DNA of 63,685 nucleotides, filler included, from Chiloscyllium plagiosum (Eukaryota), in the NCBI RefSeq assembly GCF_004010195.1. It is 4 parts of one record of this genome, joined end to end, with 100 filler letters (N's around TTAATTAATTAA, not from the genome) between each part and the next. Parts side by side here need not be neighbours in the genome. Positions count along the whole stretch, not along the records: positions 1 to 29,667 come from NC_057710.1; 3 more parts are not named here. One strand, given 5' to 3'. A model generated the notes under the pieces. That model worked only from the letters and a program-made list of their open reading frames with translations. It was not told the origin of the DNA and ran no database searches. The stretch's first letter is position 1. The number at the start of each line of letters is the position of its first letter. Both the position numbers and the translations under genes were made by a program. Of the stretch, positions 11,801 through 24,990 are shown piece by piece.

Positions 11801-12661
11801 ATGATGAACAACTCGTGTTACAGTTTAACTGTGATGACACAGTCTGTGTTCATTGAACAATCCTGAAGATGCGCTGGGCTGCAAACAGAGCATATTTGAA
11901 ATGTGTGGCCACAAATGGTCTGTTTCTTCACCAATCTGTGTCACACACACTGTCACCTAGATTGCATTTTCCACAAAACCTCCAGCATTATAATACTGTA
12001 TGGCACTGGTAGGACCTAGTCTTTGATTACCTTTTTAATTTCTAAACTAACAAACTGAGATTGTTGTTGTGTGCTCATGCCAGTTCCTGATACTGAATGA
12101 GCTGCTTGAATGAAGAATGTTGCTGTTAACATCCTCATTGACGATAGGAAAGTGAAGAACCTACTCAGTCCAGTGTGATTGAGGAAGAACACTTCCTGGT
12201 TTAAATAGAAGAGTGTCTTGTGGTTAACTTGATATATTGCATTATTGGTATTACATTGAGCTACATTGGTGTTAGACATTGATATAGAAACTTCCAACAG
12301 AGCCAGACATTGGATCTCACTCCTTCGAGATTCTGAGCTGTTCTGACACAAGTCCAAAATGACTCTTTCTAGTTGGTGCTGTTTATGGACATCCTCAGTA
12401 TTAATGCTTTCATACCCGCTAACAACAATTGGGATCTCAAATCCAAACACAATTAGCAAGCATAGAATTTAATGGACAGCCTTGCCAGCTACCTACTCTT
12501 TGCTCACACACACCATCAGATATTTAGAATGCTGCTTCATTCAAAGAGGCAGTACGCAGGGATCTCGATAACAAAGAGGCTTTTACGAATGGAAGGAGAT
12601 GAAGAAGTGTGATAGGTGGCTGAATGAATGGGTTCCCAGTAACCTGTGGCAATTATGGATT
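11654..12661. repeat. 121-bp inverted repeat pair (11654-11774 / 12541-12661)
   Basis: Manual alignment: about 10 mismatches in 121 bp, no gaps, 766-bp spacer. Confidence 0.9.
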
Positions 12662-13519
12662 AATGGGGTGGGACCAGTAATTTCACCTAAGCCACAACAA
12701 CTAATCTATTTTGCCTGTACGCCAAGGTACGATCCAAGCACTAAAGGTAAGGTACAGATCTTTTCCAGTGATTTCAGTGAACAGTGAACCAACTCTTCAA
12801 ATGGCAATGACTTAACGGGGTTTCAACACTGTCTTCTTGGAGAAGAGTCTAAACCAAGCCAGGATTTGCTTCCACTCTGACCCACCAAGCACGTTAGACA
12901 GGAAGTCATTAAGCAGTCAGTTCTTTGTTCCACTGATTTCATGTTTTGCTGATGCAACTGCTACAATCCCAGTTGATGTTACTACAGGACATGTTTCCAG
13001 CCGGTAATCTGGCTTGGTAGGTCATATTCGGTTTTGGTTTTGGTTTGAACAATGTGGTCTGTCATTGAAAGGCAAATATATATAGGTGCAGATTTTGCTT
13101 TAACAGTGAAACAGACGTTTATGAATGAAAGAAATAGCAGTTAAATAGAATAAACTAATCTATCTACTTATAGCACAAATTGAAACATTTTAAACACATA
13201 GTAAAAATATAATACCATTAGTCCCAAAACACTGACTTATAAATTAAAAAGAAAACAACAGCTTTTGCATCGTACTCAAAACAGACCTTACTTAAAACCT
13301 AAAAACACCATGTAATGTACTCACACTGGAACCCTTGTCTCTAATGCCTCAACAGGTTTAACTGTGACTTTAACTTATAGACTGGAACAGCGGGATAGCT
13401 TCTTCCTGGCGCTATTATACACATGAGTTTAAACAAACTCAGCTTTAAATAACCCCTTCAGGGCTTTATCGCAACACCTCTGGTTTGGAACTATCACAAA
13501 CTCCTGTTACTCAAGATAG

Positions 13520-14010
13520 TCACATTTCATTAAGAGGGAGAAGATAAACTTTGAGGGTAATAATTGCAAGATGAATAGCAACAGCTCCTTTAGATACACA
13601 AAAAGAAAGAGAGTGCGGCCATGACAGTTCTATGGTTCTGAATTGTCGGAAAGCTGATTAAATTTGTTGCATCAGTTTTCACAGTAGAAGATGCGACCAG
13701 CATTCCAACAAAAACACAAACTAATCAAGCGGCAAAAGGAGGAGAGGAAATAAACACTAATAACTATCAATTGAGAAAAACTGCGAGCAGAACTAATGGA
13801 GCTAAATAAGTTCTTTGGAGTTGTTGGGTTTTATCCCAGACAACTGAAGGAAGTAGCTGCAGAGATAATCGATATAGTGGTAGTAATCTTCCAGGAATCC
13901 TTTGATTCTGTACGAGTTCCAGAGGATTGGAAAACTGCCAGTATAACAGGCACTATAGGCCAGTTAACTCAACATCTATTACGGGTAAAATGTTGGAATG
14001 TATTGAAAGA
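13520..14010 (+). mobile_element. CR1 ORF2 mid fragment
   Basis: YPRQLKEVAAEI..VIFQES..VPEDWKTA. Confidence 0.75.
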
Positions 14011-14012
14011 AT

Positions 14013-14500
14013 GCAGCAAAGAACATGCCTTGCTCTTGCCACAATTTATCTTGGCTCCTGAGGCCAGTTTGAACTGGTCGCCGATGCTCTTCAGTCTGAG
14101 CATTGACAGCCGATCCCAGCAGAAAACAGAGACACCACCCACGTACAGGGAGGCTTTGATATGCAGGCTTCCGCTGCCTGGAAAAGTCACCCCTCTCAGG
14201 CTTGCATCCTTCCTGATGGACTCAGCAACAAGCTCCACACAACACAAGAACAAGGCAGGAGAGCGCGGGCAGCCCTCCCTGACTCCGAATCTGATCGGGA
14301 AGCTTTCTGATTCCCACCTGTTAATTGAGACTGTGCTAACGATATTTGTGTGGAGCAGTCAGATCTAATTTCATATTTCTTCCCCAAAGCCCATTTTGGA
14401 GAGCACGTCCCACATATAAGTGTGCGATATCCTGTCAAAGGCCTTTTCCTGGACCACGCTGATGGGGCAGGTATCCTGCACAGACAATCATAACCAGTGT
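14013..14500 (-). mobile_element. Tx1/L1-clade LINE RT fragment
   Basis: GVREGCPLSPALFLCCVE..AESIRKD..LRGVTFPG..KASLY..V..FKLASGAKIN..KS. Confidence 0.7.
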
Positions 14501-14747
14501 CCTCTACTCTTTGAGACTTGCTGATCCAATTCAATTGAGTTCTGATAACTAACCTAACTGACTGTGGGAGGGAAGCTGAAAGATGCCGGATGACAGGGTC
14601 GACAGTATGGGTTGTGGGACAAGGGAGCAGAAACTGCTGTGTTCCGCCTGACCTAGGAAAAGTCAGTGCTGAGATTTCATTTGCTCTCATGTCAATTGGC
14701 ATCAAAAATCAACAAGTCTATGCTTGATTGAATCTTTTCACTTCCTG

Positions 14748-14878
14748 ATTCCTGATGAAGGGCTTATGCCCGAAACGTTGATTCTCCTACTCCTCGGATG
14801 CTGCCTGACCTGCTGTGCTTTTCCAGCACCACATTCTCAGCTCTGATCTCCAGCATCTGCAGTCCTCACTTTCTCCTC
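14748..14878 (+). mobile_element. PLE family B terminal repeat with intact-core hammerhead (14748-14783)
   Basis: ATTC CTGATGA A GGGC TTAT GCCC GAA ACGT T GATT. Confidence 0.75.
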
Positions 14879-15119
14879 CCTAAATATTTTAGCTTATCTT
14901 TTAAGACAGAGAATTTAATCTATTTACACAATTTGAGTGCCGTATAACAGAATTACTGATCTATGCACTCGCAGAAAAAAATGTAATTTTCAGGTATACT
15001 ACACCAATGTTACCAGAAGACAGAATTTAAACAGAGAGAAATGGCTCATTCCTATATCAGCTCCTTCAAAAAGCTCTTGCCCCTTATCTTAAATCTATGT
15101 CCCTTGGTCATTGATCCCT

Positions 15120-16830
15120 GAAACTTGAAAGGGTTCAGAAAAGATTTACTAAGACGTTGTCAGGGTTGGAGGATTTGAGCTATAGGGAGAGGCTGAACAG
15201 GCTGTTTTCCCTGGAGTGTCAGAGGCTGAGAAGTGACCTTATAGAGGTTTATAAAATCATGAGGGGCATGGATAGGATAAATAGACAAAGTCTTTTCCCT
15301 GGGTGGGGAAGTCCAGAACTAGAGGGCATAGGTTTAGGGTGAGAGGGGAAAGATATAAAAGAGACCTAAGGGGCAAATTCTTCACGCAAAGGGTGATACG
15401 TGTATGGAATGAGCTGCCAGAAGAAGTGGTGGAGGCTGGTACAATTGCCACATTTAAAAGGCATCTGGATGGGTATTTGAATAGGAAGGTTTGGAGGGAT
15501 ATGGGCCGTGTGCTGGCAGGTAGGACTAGATTGAGTTTGGATATCTGATCAGCATGGAAAAGTTTGACAAAGGGTCTGTTTCCTTTCTGTACATCTCTAT
15601 GACTATGACTCTAAGTGTCTTCTTGTCTATCTTATCTATGGCCCTCAATATTTTATACTTCAAAATCATGTCCCTCTTCAGTCTCCTCTGCTCCAAGGAA
15701 AACAGTTCCAGTTTGTCCAATCTCTCTTCACAACTAAAGCTTTCCAGCCCAATCAACATCCTGGGAAATGTCCTCTGCACCCTCCCCAGTGAAATCCCAT
15801 CCCTCTTATAGTGGGAATTCCAGAAATGCACACAATACTCTGTGGTGTAACGGATATGTTATATTCTGGTATAAACTCTCTGTTCCTGAACTCTCTACCT
15901 CGGCTAATAAAGGCAAGTGACCCATCTTAATCACTTTAACCACCTGTTCTGTAACATTAAGGGTCTGGTGTACAGGCACGCCAAGGTCCCTCTGATCATC
16001 ACTGCTTCCCAGGGTCCTACCATTCATCATGTCTTCCCTTGGCTTGTTTCTCCTGCCCAAGTGCATCACCTCACATTTATGCACTTTGGTAGGAAGAATA
16101 TAGGTGTAGACTGTTCTGTAAATAGGGAAAAGCTTAGGAAGATTTTGAAGGCTCAAAGGGTCTTAGGAGTCCTAGTTCAGGATTCACTTAAAGTTAACAT
16201 ACAGGTCCAGTTGGCAGCAAGAAAGGCAAATGCAATGTTAGCATTCATCTCAAGAGGGCTAGAGTACAAGAGAAGGAATGTACTGCCAAGGCTGTTTAAA
16301 GCTCTGGTCAGGTCACATTTGGAATACTATGAGCAGTATTGGTCTCCGTACTAAGGAAGGATGTGGGCTTGGAGGTTTACAAGAAAAGTCTCAGGGATGA
16401 AGTATTTGACTATGTGAGGATGGGTTGAGGACTCAGTCTGTTCTCAGTGGAGTTTAGAAAGATGAGGGGAGGATCTCTTTGAAACTTACAGAACACTGAG
16501 AGGCCTGGATAGAGTGGATTTGGAGAAGATGTTTCCACCAGCAAGGGAGACTAGGACCTGAAGGCACAGCCTCAGAGTGAAGGGATGTTTCTTTGGAACT
16601 GAGATGAGGAGGAATTTCTTCAGTTAATCATTGTCACAAAGGGGTATGGAGGCCAAGTCATTGAGTGTGTTTAAGACCAAGATAGGCTGCTTCTTGATTG
16701 GTAAGAGGGTCAAAGGTTATGGGGAGAAGGCAGGAGAATGGGTTTGAGAAGCACATCAGCTTTGATTGATCAGCAGAGCAGACTTAATGGACCAAATGGC
16801 CTCACTCTCCACCTGTATTTTATGGTCATG
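15120..16830. mobile_element. Cluster of three CR1 3' fragments (+ 15120-15612, - ~15615-16080, + ~16080-16830)
   Basis: ORFs 15303..15548(+), 15526..15831(-), 15806..16156(-), 15917..16354(+) are all CR1 ORF2 C-terminal. Confidence 0.8.
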
Positions 16831-17666
16831 ATCACGACTACTTCTCTCATACCAGGGTCGCGGGGTGGAGGGGGTCTGTTGGGGTCAATTTAGAGCCCGG
16901 AATACTTTGACCATCACACAATGACAAAAGAGACTGATATATTTATCTTAAAGTTCAACTTATTAAGTTTAAACATGTTAATCTTCAAGGCCATACAGAA
17001 AGTGCCAGAGAGTGAGGCAAATTGAATCATTCTTCCAGACGCTGACACAGATACAATGGGCTGAATGGCCTCCTTCTGTGCTATACAATGCTCTGATTCT
17101 ATGTTCCTTAATTTTCTAGCAACAGAATTTCTAGGGTTTCATCACTAATCTTTTAAAGTGCGATCTGTTGTGCATTTTCCCACAAGCCAAACATCCTCCC
17201 TTCAAATGGTGCCACATTTTGTGAGCTGGCAGCCCTGGCGTAATTTTCATCTGCAGGGAGACTGGCAAATAAATGGATATTCCCTTTGGCACTCTAGAAG
17301 CCTGGCTACACAGGTCCGGTGTGCAACATATTGTGACACTCCGCCCCTGGAACACATTCCCAGATGGAATTACTCTGCATTTCTTTTTCTCGAATCACAG
17401 ATGCCCACTGGAGGGCACCAAAACACTTCTCAAAGTGATTCAGACCAATGACAAGACCCAGCCTTTAGCTTTCAGAGAACATGAGCAATTTCCTGCTGGA
17501 ACATCCTTTCGATATCCGAGCCCCTGTTCTGCAAATGCAGGAAATGCAGGCTGTGTGCTGAACGGGGCTGCAGGTTAGTCTGTGTCAGCAACCCTCAAGG
17601 GCAGCCCTCACAAAAGTTTCCAAGGCAATCTCCTCTCCTGATTCTATGGACTCCTTGTATATATTT

Positions 17667-17886
17667 GAGGAGAAAGTGAGGGCTGCAGATGCTGGAGATC
17701 AGAGCTGAAAATGTGTTGCTGGAAAAGCGCAGGTCAGGCAGCATCCAAGGAACAGGGGAATCGACGTTTCGGGCACAACCACAGTGTTGTGGATTCCTGA
17801 AGAAGGGCTTATGACCGAAACATCGATTCTCCTGTTCCTTGGATGCTGCCTGACCTGCTGCGCTTTTCCAGCAACACATTTTCAGC
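17667..17886. mobile_element. Palindromic non-autonomous PLE-B insertion, 14-bp TSD
   Basis: CCTTGTATATATTT at 17653-17666 and 17887-17900; inverted arms; degenerate hammerhead at 17793-17828. Confidence 0.85.
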
Positions 17887-18159
17887 CCTTGTATATATTT
17901 CCCAAGTCTCACAATCGGAATTGGTGTTGCAAAATGTGGCACAGTTTCCAAAACAACAACCTGTCTTGACGCAAGTCCATGAAAGTAACAAAACATTCCG
18001 AGCCTCTGCACAGGAGAGCCATCAAACAGAATTTAACACTGTACATACATTTCCACAGACACCTCCTTCCTTCTCATGTGATGATACTTTGTGCCATTGT
18101 GGTCAACTCAATATGATCCATCGTTGGGTGTGGCTCAGGACCCCCATTCTGACATGGCA

Positions 18160-18445
18160 GTGCCCATTTGTTGCCCATCCCAGAAGGCGGTTAAGAGTCA
18201 ACCACAGTGTTGTGGGTCTAGAGTCACATGTTGGCCAGACCAGGTAAGGACAGCAGTGAGCAAGACGGGTTTTCCAGACAATTGACAATGGATTCATGGT
18301 CATCATTAAAATTTTCATTCCATATATTTATTGAACTTAAATTCCACCATCAGCCATAGCAGGATTCGAACCCAGGTCCCCAGAATGTTATCTGGGTCTC
18401 TGGATTAACAATAAGCAAATGTACCACTAGGCCATTACCTCCCCC
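18160..18445 (-). mobile_element. SacSINE1-like Deu-domain SINE
   Basis: Reverse complement of the 34418-34765 family (B box, GTGACTCTAGACCCACAACACTGTGGTTGACTCTTAAC). Confidence 0.7.
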
Positions 18446-18578
18446 AAGGCTGGCATGGCTATGTGTTAACCAATGTATAATAGCTTCTGCACATGAAAAA
18501 TAAGCACATAGCAGTATTTTCAAACTCCTCATTGTGAAGGGGGACTTGGAAGCTTGGAACTCGCGGGCTGTCACGGAC

Positions 18579-18890
18579 AGGGGCTCAGTGGTTAGCACTG
18601 CTGCCTCACAGTGCCAGGGACCCGGGTTCAATTCCCACCTCGGGCAACTGTCTGTGTGGCATTTGCACCTTCTCCCCATGTCTGCATGGGTTTCCTCCGG
18701 GTGCTCCAGTTTCCTCCCACAGTCCAAATATGTGCAGCTTAGGTGAATTGGCTATGCTAAATTGCCCATAGTGTTAGGTGGATTAGTCAGGGGTAAATAT
18801 AGGGGGGGGGGTTGGTTTCTCTTCGGAGGGTCGGTGTGGACTAGTTGGGCCAAAGGGTCTGTTTCCACACTGTAGGTAATTTAAAATCTA
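18579..18890 (+). mobile_element. HE1-like V-SINE
   Basis: GGCTCAGTGG A box, GGTTCAATTCC B box, V-domain. Confidence 0.85.
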
Positions 18891-18899
18891 AATATCTAA

Positions 18900-19600
18900 A
18901 GATCATCAGTGTACAATCCCTGATCTGAATATCACACTGCTATTATATTCTGGGAAACTCAGCCCCATGACATGACATATGGCAGGAGAAGGCCAGCTCA
19001 AACTACAGGGTGGTATACAGCTGTTTCTGAAAAGCTAAATCTGAAGAAGCACTCCAACTCCATTGGGTTAGCTTTGCCACAAACACGAACTTGATGGCTG
19101 TCTCAGTGAGACCTCCTCTTGCCTCACAAGCTTTCTGATCACCCTAACCCCGATGCACTATACCACTGTCATGGGCGCTCATATTCCAATCCAAAAACTT
19201 TGGATGGCACCAAAAAGGTACTCTCCAGCTTTGATCTGTCCCATATCCCAAAAGGAGACACGTTGATTCTCCTTGACAATTTTGATGCAGGATTTGGGAT
19301 GGATGCAAACCTCCTGAAAAATGTGATCGGTAAAGGAAGATGTAAGGAATGTAAATGTCCACAGTGTTCTCTTCCTGACAAAATGTCCATGATATGTTCA
19401 GGTCATAATGAACACATTATTTCATCAGAAGGACAAATATTAGACTGCACAGAAACATATTCACCCCAGACATTGACACCAGCTTCATTACATTCTCATC
19501 TGCTTGAGGAACAGATCACCCACCCCACCACAACGGGAGTTGACAACTGCTACCTAATACAATCTGCTGCCTCTGTCAGCCAGGCTTACAAGCCCTGTCC
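18900..19600 (+). mobile_element. Decayed RTE-like APE endonuclease fragment
   Basis: HIPKGDTLILLDNFDAGFG (~D.LILLGDFNARVG). Confidence 0.5.
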
Positions 19601-20559
19601 TCAATTGCCTCATCCCCTGGCTGGAGAGCTCCTCTAAACATCACAATGCAGACTTTGTGCCACCAGGAAGCACAGAGGCTGGGAACTTCACAGCGAGTCG
19701 ATGAAAATTACAAGGAGTAGCAGCTACCTCTTTAGATGACCTTCTGTAGGGACCTTGTAAAGAAGAGTCATATTGGATTTGTATCCTTTGGATTAATCAG
19801 AGGGAAATGGGTTTGGGTGGGTTACTCTTCGGAGGGTCGGTGTGGACTTGGGCTGAAAGGCTTGTTTCCAAACTGTAGGGAATCTAATCTAATCTAATTA
19901 CATGTTCTGATTCTAAAAGCAATGCAAACTGCCCACAATCATCCATCCAAAAACAAGGTTTTCAAAGCAACCTCAATAGGTGGCCCCGATGTACAGCAAG
20001 CACAGAAGATATTGAAATTAGATATTTAATTCTCCTTCATTTCGTTTTTCAATTTTGGAAAGTTTCAGTGTGGGAGAGGAAAATGGCGTGAGAAGTCGCG
20101 AGATTGAACCGAATGAATCTAATCTGCTGCTTCAGTGCTCCTGGTCCATTGGTGCTCGGGTCTGGTGAGGATTCCATGGAACTGCCTGCTCCATGCTCAC
20201 AGAATGGAAACATTTCCATGTTGTTTTTCTTGTTCCTGTCACCTATTCCCCACATTCTTAACTGCACAAAAAGACCCTCATGATTGCTCCAGAGCTCCAC
20301 ACAGACAGGGATCTGTTTAAGGGCCTTGATGTTAGGCTAAGGAGCCGTTAGCCCTGACAACTTCAGTCCATCAGAATTCAAGGTGTGAGATCTTCTAAAT
20401 TTTCTGCCCTCTCTCTGCTGCAGCCCCACAGCACCTCATTGTCGATTTTTTAAAAAACGTTGTCTTTCTGAAGAGGTAAGACAATTGCTAGGTGATGGGG
20501 TGGGGAGATAGAGGAGTCACGTATCCCATTACTTTATGCTCACATATTATCACACTGGT

Positions 20560-21040
20560 ATCCACAATATGTAGGTGCATAAATAGGCCGTTCAGCCCAT
20601 TGAGTCTACTCCACTATTCAATGAGATCATTGGCTGGTCTGATAATCCTCAACTCTGCCTTACTGATTTTTCCCTATATAACCCCTGATTCTTTCATTGA
20701 TTAAAAACCTCCCTGAGTCTTGAATATTCTTAACAAGCTCTATAGCCCTCAGTGGTTAAAAACTTACACACATTCACTACCTATCTGAGATAAGACAATT
20801 CTCGTCTTACCCCTTACTTTGAGATTATACCCTCTGCTCCTAGACTCTCTTACAAGGGAAACAAATTCTCCACATCCTCTTTGTCAAGCCCCTAAAATGT
20901 GTTCTAATTAATTGTAGCTCCAGCACTGATCTCTGGAGCAGTCCTGATGAAGTGCTTTTGCCCGAAATGTCGATTCCCCTGCTCTAGCACCCCACTCATG
21001 ACTCTAACCTCCAGCATCTGCAGTCCTCACTTTCGTCTAG
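20560..21040. mobile_element. CR1 3' fragment (-) followed by PLE-B terminal fragment (+, ~20942-21040)
   Basis: CR1 tail ATAGGCCGTTCAGCCCATTGAG; CTGATGAAGTGCTTTTGCCCGAAATGTCGA. Confidence 0.6.
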
Positions 21041-21089
21041 TTACAGGTTGCCTCCTGAAAACGTCCCTGTTATCCCAACCCTCTGTATT

Positions 21090-21620
21090 CTACTAATTAG
21101 TCAATTCTCATGTTAATGTATTGCAGTGCTCCAGAGAAGCTTGGCACAAGCTGGAAGAACAGCACATCATTTTCCACTCGAGTTCAACAATTTTAGGGCT
21201 TGAGACACCATCTCTCATGTCCTTACCCCAATCCCCACACACCTGACCTTGTTACCACACGGTCTGTTATTACACACTACGCATTGTCAGCCACTAATGG
21301 CCCCCACTAGCAGTACTCATTCTCCCAGGCTGACCTTTATCTACTCCTTTGTCTGCTCAACTCTCTCTCCAGGCTTCATCTGTGCCTATTGTTTACAGCT
21401 GCCTCTCCATCCACCCACCCACAAACCCTCCCCAGTACACACACATGAACACACATTCTTTCTCAAGCATATGTACAGCCTTCACCCAGGTGCACCCAGT
21501 TCTGAGGAAGGGTCACTGGACCTGAAACGTTAACTCGGCTTTCTCTCCACAAAGCTGCTGTGTTTTTGCCCTGATCTCTGTTTTTGTTTCTGATTTCCAA
21601 CATCCGCAGTTCTTTGTGTC
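21090..21620 (+). mobile_element. PLE-derived element (family C), 3' end
   Basis: AAGCTGGAAGAACAGCACATCATTTTCCAC encodes KLEEQHIIF (GIY-YIG C-terminus), followed by a hammerhead-bearing terminal repeat. Confidence 0.6.
21498..21535 (+). ncRNA. Minimal hammerhead ribozyme motif (family C)
   Basis: AGTT CTGAGGA A GGGTC ACTG GACCT GAA ACGT T AACT: 4-bp stem I, 5-bp stem II (one G.U), ACGT palindrome. Confidence 0.75.
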
Positions 21621-22255
21621 TATTTGTTTAGTGAGGCAACAAAAATATCCTGGCTCTTGTTATGCTCACATTAGCTGTCACATTTTCAAATGCAACAGCA
21701 ATGACTGATTTTCAAATTGGATTCACTTGCTGTCAAATGTAGAATCGTAAAGCACAGAAGGAGGCAATCTTGCTTATTATGCTTCATTGAAAGAGCTATC
21801 CAATCAATCTGACTCTTCCGGACTTTCCCCATAGCCCTGTAACTATTTCCCTCCTGATAATACAGTCCTTTAATTGTTGGTACAGAGTCTGCTTCCTCCA
21901 ACCTCACAATCATTCCATTTCCGAATAACACAGTGACTGAAATACAAATGTACCTCTTTTGGTGTTTGTGCTAATCGTCTTTAATCGGTGCCCTTTATTT
22001 CTCGTTTGCTGCCTATGGGAGGCTTCTCCTTATTTAATCTGCAGTAGATTATTGAAATGTAGGTGCTTTCTTCTTGGAATGCGACAGTGTTTATGTTTGT
22101 AACCCCTGAATGTGGTATGAAAGAGATACAGCCATACACAAGGTACTGAAAAGGGTGAAAACAGAGTAGAAGATAATTTAATTTCCCTGGATTTCAATAC
22201 AATGAGGAAGGAGGAGCACCATACATGTCAGTTTATCGGAGACTTCAAATGGGTG

Positions 22256-22575
22256 CTATGGGAGCTCAGGGATTAGCACTGCTGTCTCATACCACCAGGA
22301 TTCTGGGTTCAATTCCAGCCTTGGGTGACTGTCTGTGTGGAGTTTGCTATTTTCTCCACATGCTTTTGTGGATTTCATCTGGGTGCCATGGCTTCCTTAC
22401 ACTCCAAGGATGTCTAGGTTTAGTCCTGCTAAATTGCCCATAGTGTCCAGGGATCTGCAGTTAAGTGGATTACCCATGGGAATGCAGGGATGTACAGTAG
22501 GGGAGTGGGTCTGGGTAGGATGCTCTTCAGAGAGTTGGTGTAGACTCAAGTGGCTGCTTCCACACTGTAGGGAAT
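22256..22575 (+). mobile_element. Diverged HE1-like V-SINE
   Basis: GGTTCAATTCC, TGTGTGGAGTTTGC, tail CCACACTGTAGGGA. Confidence 0.7.
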
Positions 22576-22799
22576 CTGTGAAAATTAAGAAAGCACAGGC
22601 CAGTAATTTAGAGGAGACAAATATAAGCTTTACAAGAGAGGTTAGGGCTCAACTGGAATGCAAAACAAGCACTACAGTGGTGCTCTCAGGTATTGAGACC
22701 ATATTTAATTTTCAGCTAGACTGAAGTATTTTCATTTATTCACAGGCCATGGGTGTCACTGCCAAGGCCAGCATTTACTGCTCATCCCTAATGACATGG

Positions 22800-24260
22800 G
22801 AATATAGAAACAAGGGGAAGTAGGTCATTCAACCTGATTCTCTACCTCAACACCATACTCCCACTCTCTCCCCATGCTCCTCGTCACCTTTAGTCAACAG
22901 GAATCTGTTTCTTTCATAAATATATTCAGTGGTTTGGCCTCCATAGCATTCTGTAATAGAGAATTCCACAAGTGTACCATCCTCTGAATTAAAAACCTAC
23001 TCCTCCCCTCTGTACAAACTGATCTAACCTGTATCCTAAGACTGTGGCTCCTTGTTCTGGACTCCCAACCCCATCCCTGCCAGAGGGAATATCATCCTTG
23101 CATCCAATCTATCCAGTCCTGTCAGAATTTTATAGACTTCAATTTGATTCCCGCTCATTCTCCTCCACTTCAGTGAACACAAACCAACTCTAATCCCTCC
23201 ACATGACAAACCTTCCACCCCAGGAATCAGACTAGTGATCCATCAATATTTCCCAATTTATTGTCATTTAAATCATACTGTACTATTTCTGCTAACCCAT
23301 GTTTAATCCGTGCCAGTATACTTACTCAATCTTATATACTTTAACCTTGCATGCTGACCTTCTGTGGGACTTTATCAAAACCTTGCTGAAAATCCAAATA
23401 CATCACAACCAGCGCTTTTCCCTTATCTATATCTATCTCCTAGTTATGTCCTCAAAAAACCACAAGGAGGTTTGGCAAATACAATTCTGTTTTCATCGAT
23501 CCATGCTGACTTTGCTTACTATTTTCAAAGAGCTTTGTTGTCACATTCTGTATAATCAATTCTTGCTTGTGACCTAACTGTGATGGGAGGCTAATTGATC
23601 TGTAATCGCCCTTCTCTCCCTTTATCCTTTTGTTTACATTTGCCATTATCCAATTTGTCCGGGTTTTTGCAGCAACAACTGAATGTTGGAAGAAGGAAGC
23701 TAACATCCATTATTTCCACTGTCACCTCCTTTAGTGTCCAGGGATCTAAATTAACAGTTTCGTTAATTTCTCTAGCTTTTTTTTAAAACAAATACTAATT
23801 CTCTTCAAATCCTCCTGCTGAATAGACCTTTGCTCCCGCAGTATTTTGGGAAGTTATTTATGACTTCTATGAAGAAAGGAGTAAAGTAATTGTCTGATTT
23901 CTCATCATTTCATTGTTCTCCATTATAATTTCTTCCATTTCAGCCATAAGAGAGCTACTTTTTCCTGTTTACATACTTCTAGAAACTTTCATGGTCCACT
24001 TTTATGTCCTTTGCAAGTTTACTCTACTTAATGAATACGCTACATAATGAATCTCTTAGGTCTCCATTGTTGAATTCTAAACTGCTCCCAATTTTCAGGC
24101 TTGTTATTTTTCCTTGCAACTTTATATGACACCACTGTGGTTCTAACACCAACATTAATCTATTTTGTCAACCATTTTTCTGTCACTTCAGTTGTATCTT
24201 TGCACCAATAAGGTATATGTAATTATTGCAATACATGCATTTATTCCTTAAAGATTAGCC
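22800..24260 (-). mobile_element. Old, internally deleted CR1
   Basis: IEVYKILTGLDRLDA (23036..3218 ORF region); GDYRSISL (23452..23706). Confidence 0.6.
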
Positions 24261-24269
24261 ATTCTTTAT

Positions 24270-24990
24270 CTACTGTCAACTGGAGTCAGAGGGAATCGGG
24301 GGGAAACTCTGTTCTTAAAGTTATATCTGACATAAATCAACATGGTTATGTTTGTTGGAGGTCAGTCCACAAAATCTCTGTGGGAGTTCCTCAGAGTAGT
24401 GTTCTAGACCCAACCATCTTCAGCTGCTGAATCGATGACAGTCCCTCCATTATAAGGTCACAAGTGGGGATGTTAGCTGATGACTGCACAATGTTTAGCA
24501 TTGCAGGTGGCATGGTGGCTCAGTGGTTAGCACTGCTGCCTCACGAACCCAGGTTCAATCCCAGCAACCGGTGACTGTCTGTGTGTGGAGTTTGTATGTT
24601 CTTCCTGTGTCTGTGTGGATTTCCTTCCACAATCACAAAGATGTGCAAGTCAGGTGGATTGACCATGCCAAATTGCCCATAGGGTTAGGTGCATTTGTCA
24701 GAGGGATACGTACCTGGTGGGTTGCTCTTTGGAGGGTCGGTGTGGACTTTTTGGGGCAAATGGCCTGTTTCCAGTGTAGGGAATCTAATCTAATCATTTG
24801 TGGTTCCTCAGGTACTGAAACAGTCCACACCCAAATGCACCAAGGCCTTGGCAATATCCAGGTTTGAATGAAAAATTAAAACTACTCTTTGTGCCACACA
24901 AATGCCAGGCTATGACCATCAGCAATAAGAGACATTTCAACAACCATCTTTTGATTTTCAATTATGTTACTACCACTAAATCCTCCTTGA
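24270..24990 (+). mobile_element. CR1/L2-type RT fragment with nested HE1 SINE (24506-24795)
   Basis: GVPQSSVL.PTIFS..ND..(F)ADD-like coding at 24380-24500 resumes after the SINE. Confidence 0.65.

Noticed and set aside
12575..12787. GFYEWK peptide suggesting a SRAP/HMCES domain
   Set aside because: No other SRAP motifs; a stop lies just upstream; it is the antisense of the putative RT-like frame.
13050..13524. Possible solo LTR (TG..CA)
   Set aside because: No convincing TSD or second copy in the window.
17405..17418. CTCF-like CCACTGGAGGGCAC
   Set aside because: One mismatch in the core; a single motif is not supportable without data.
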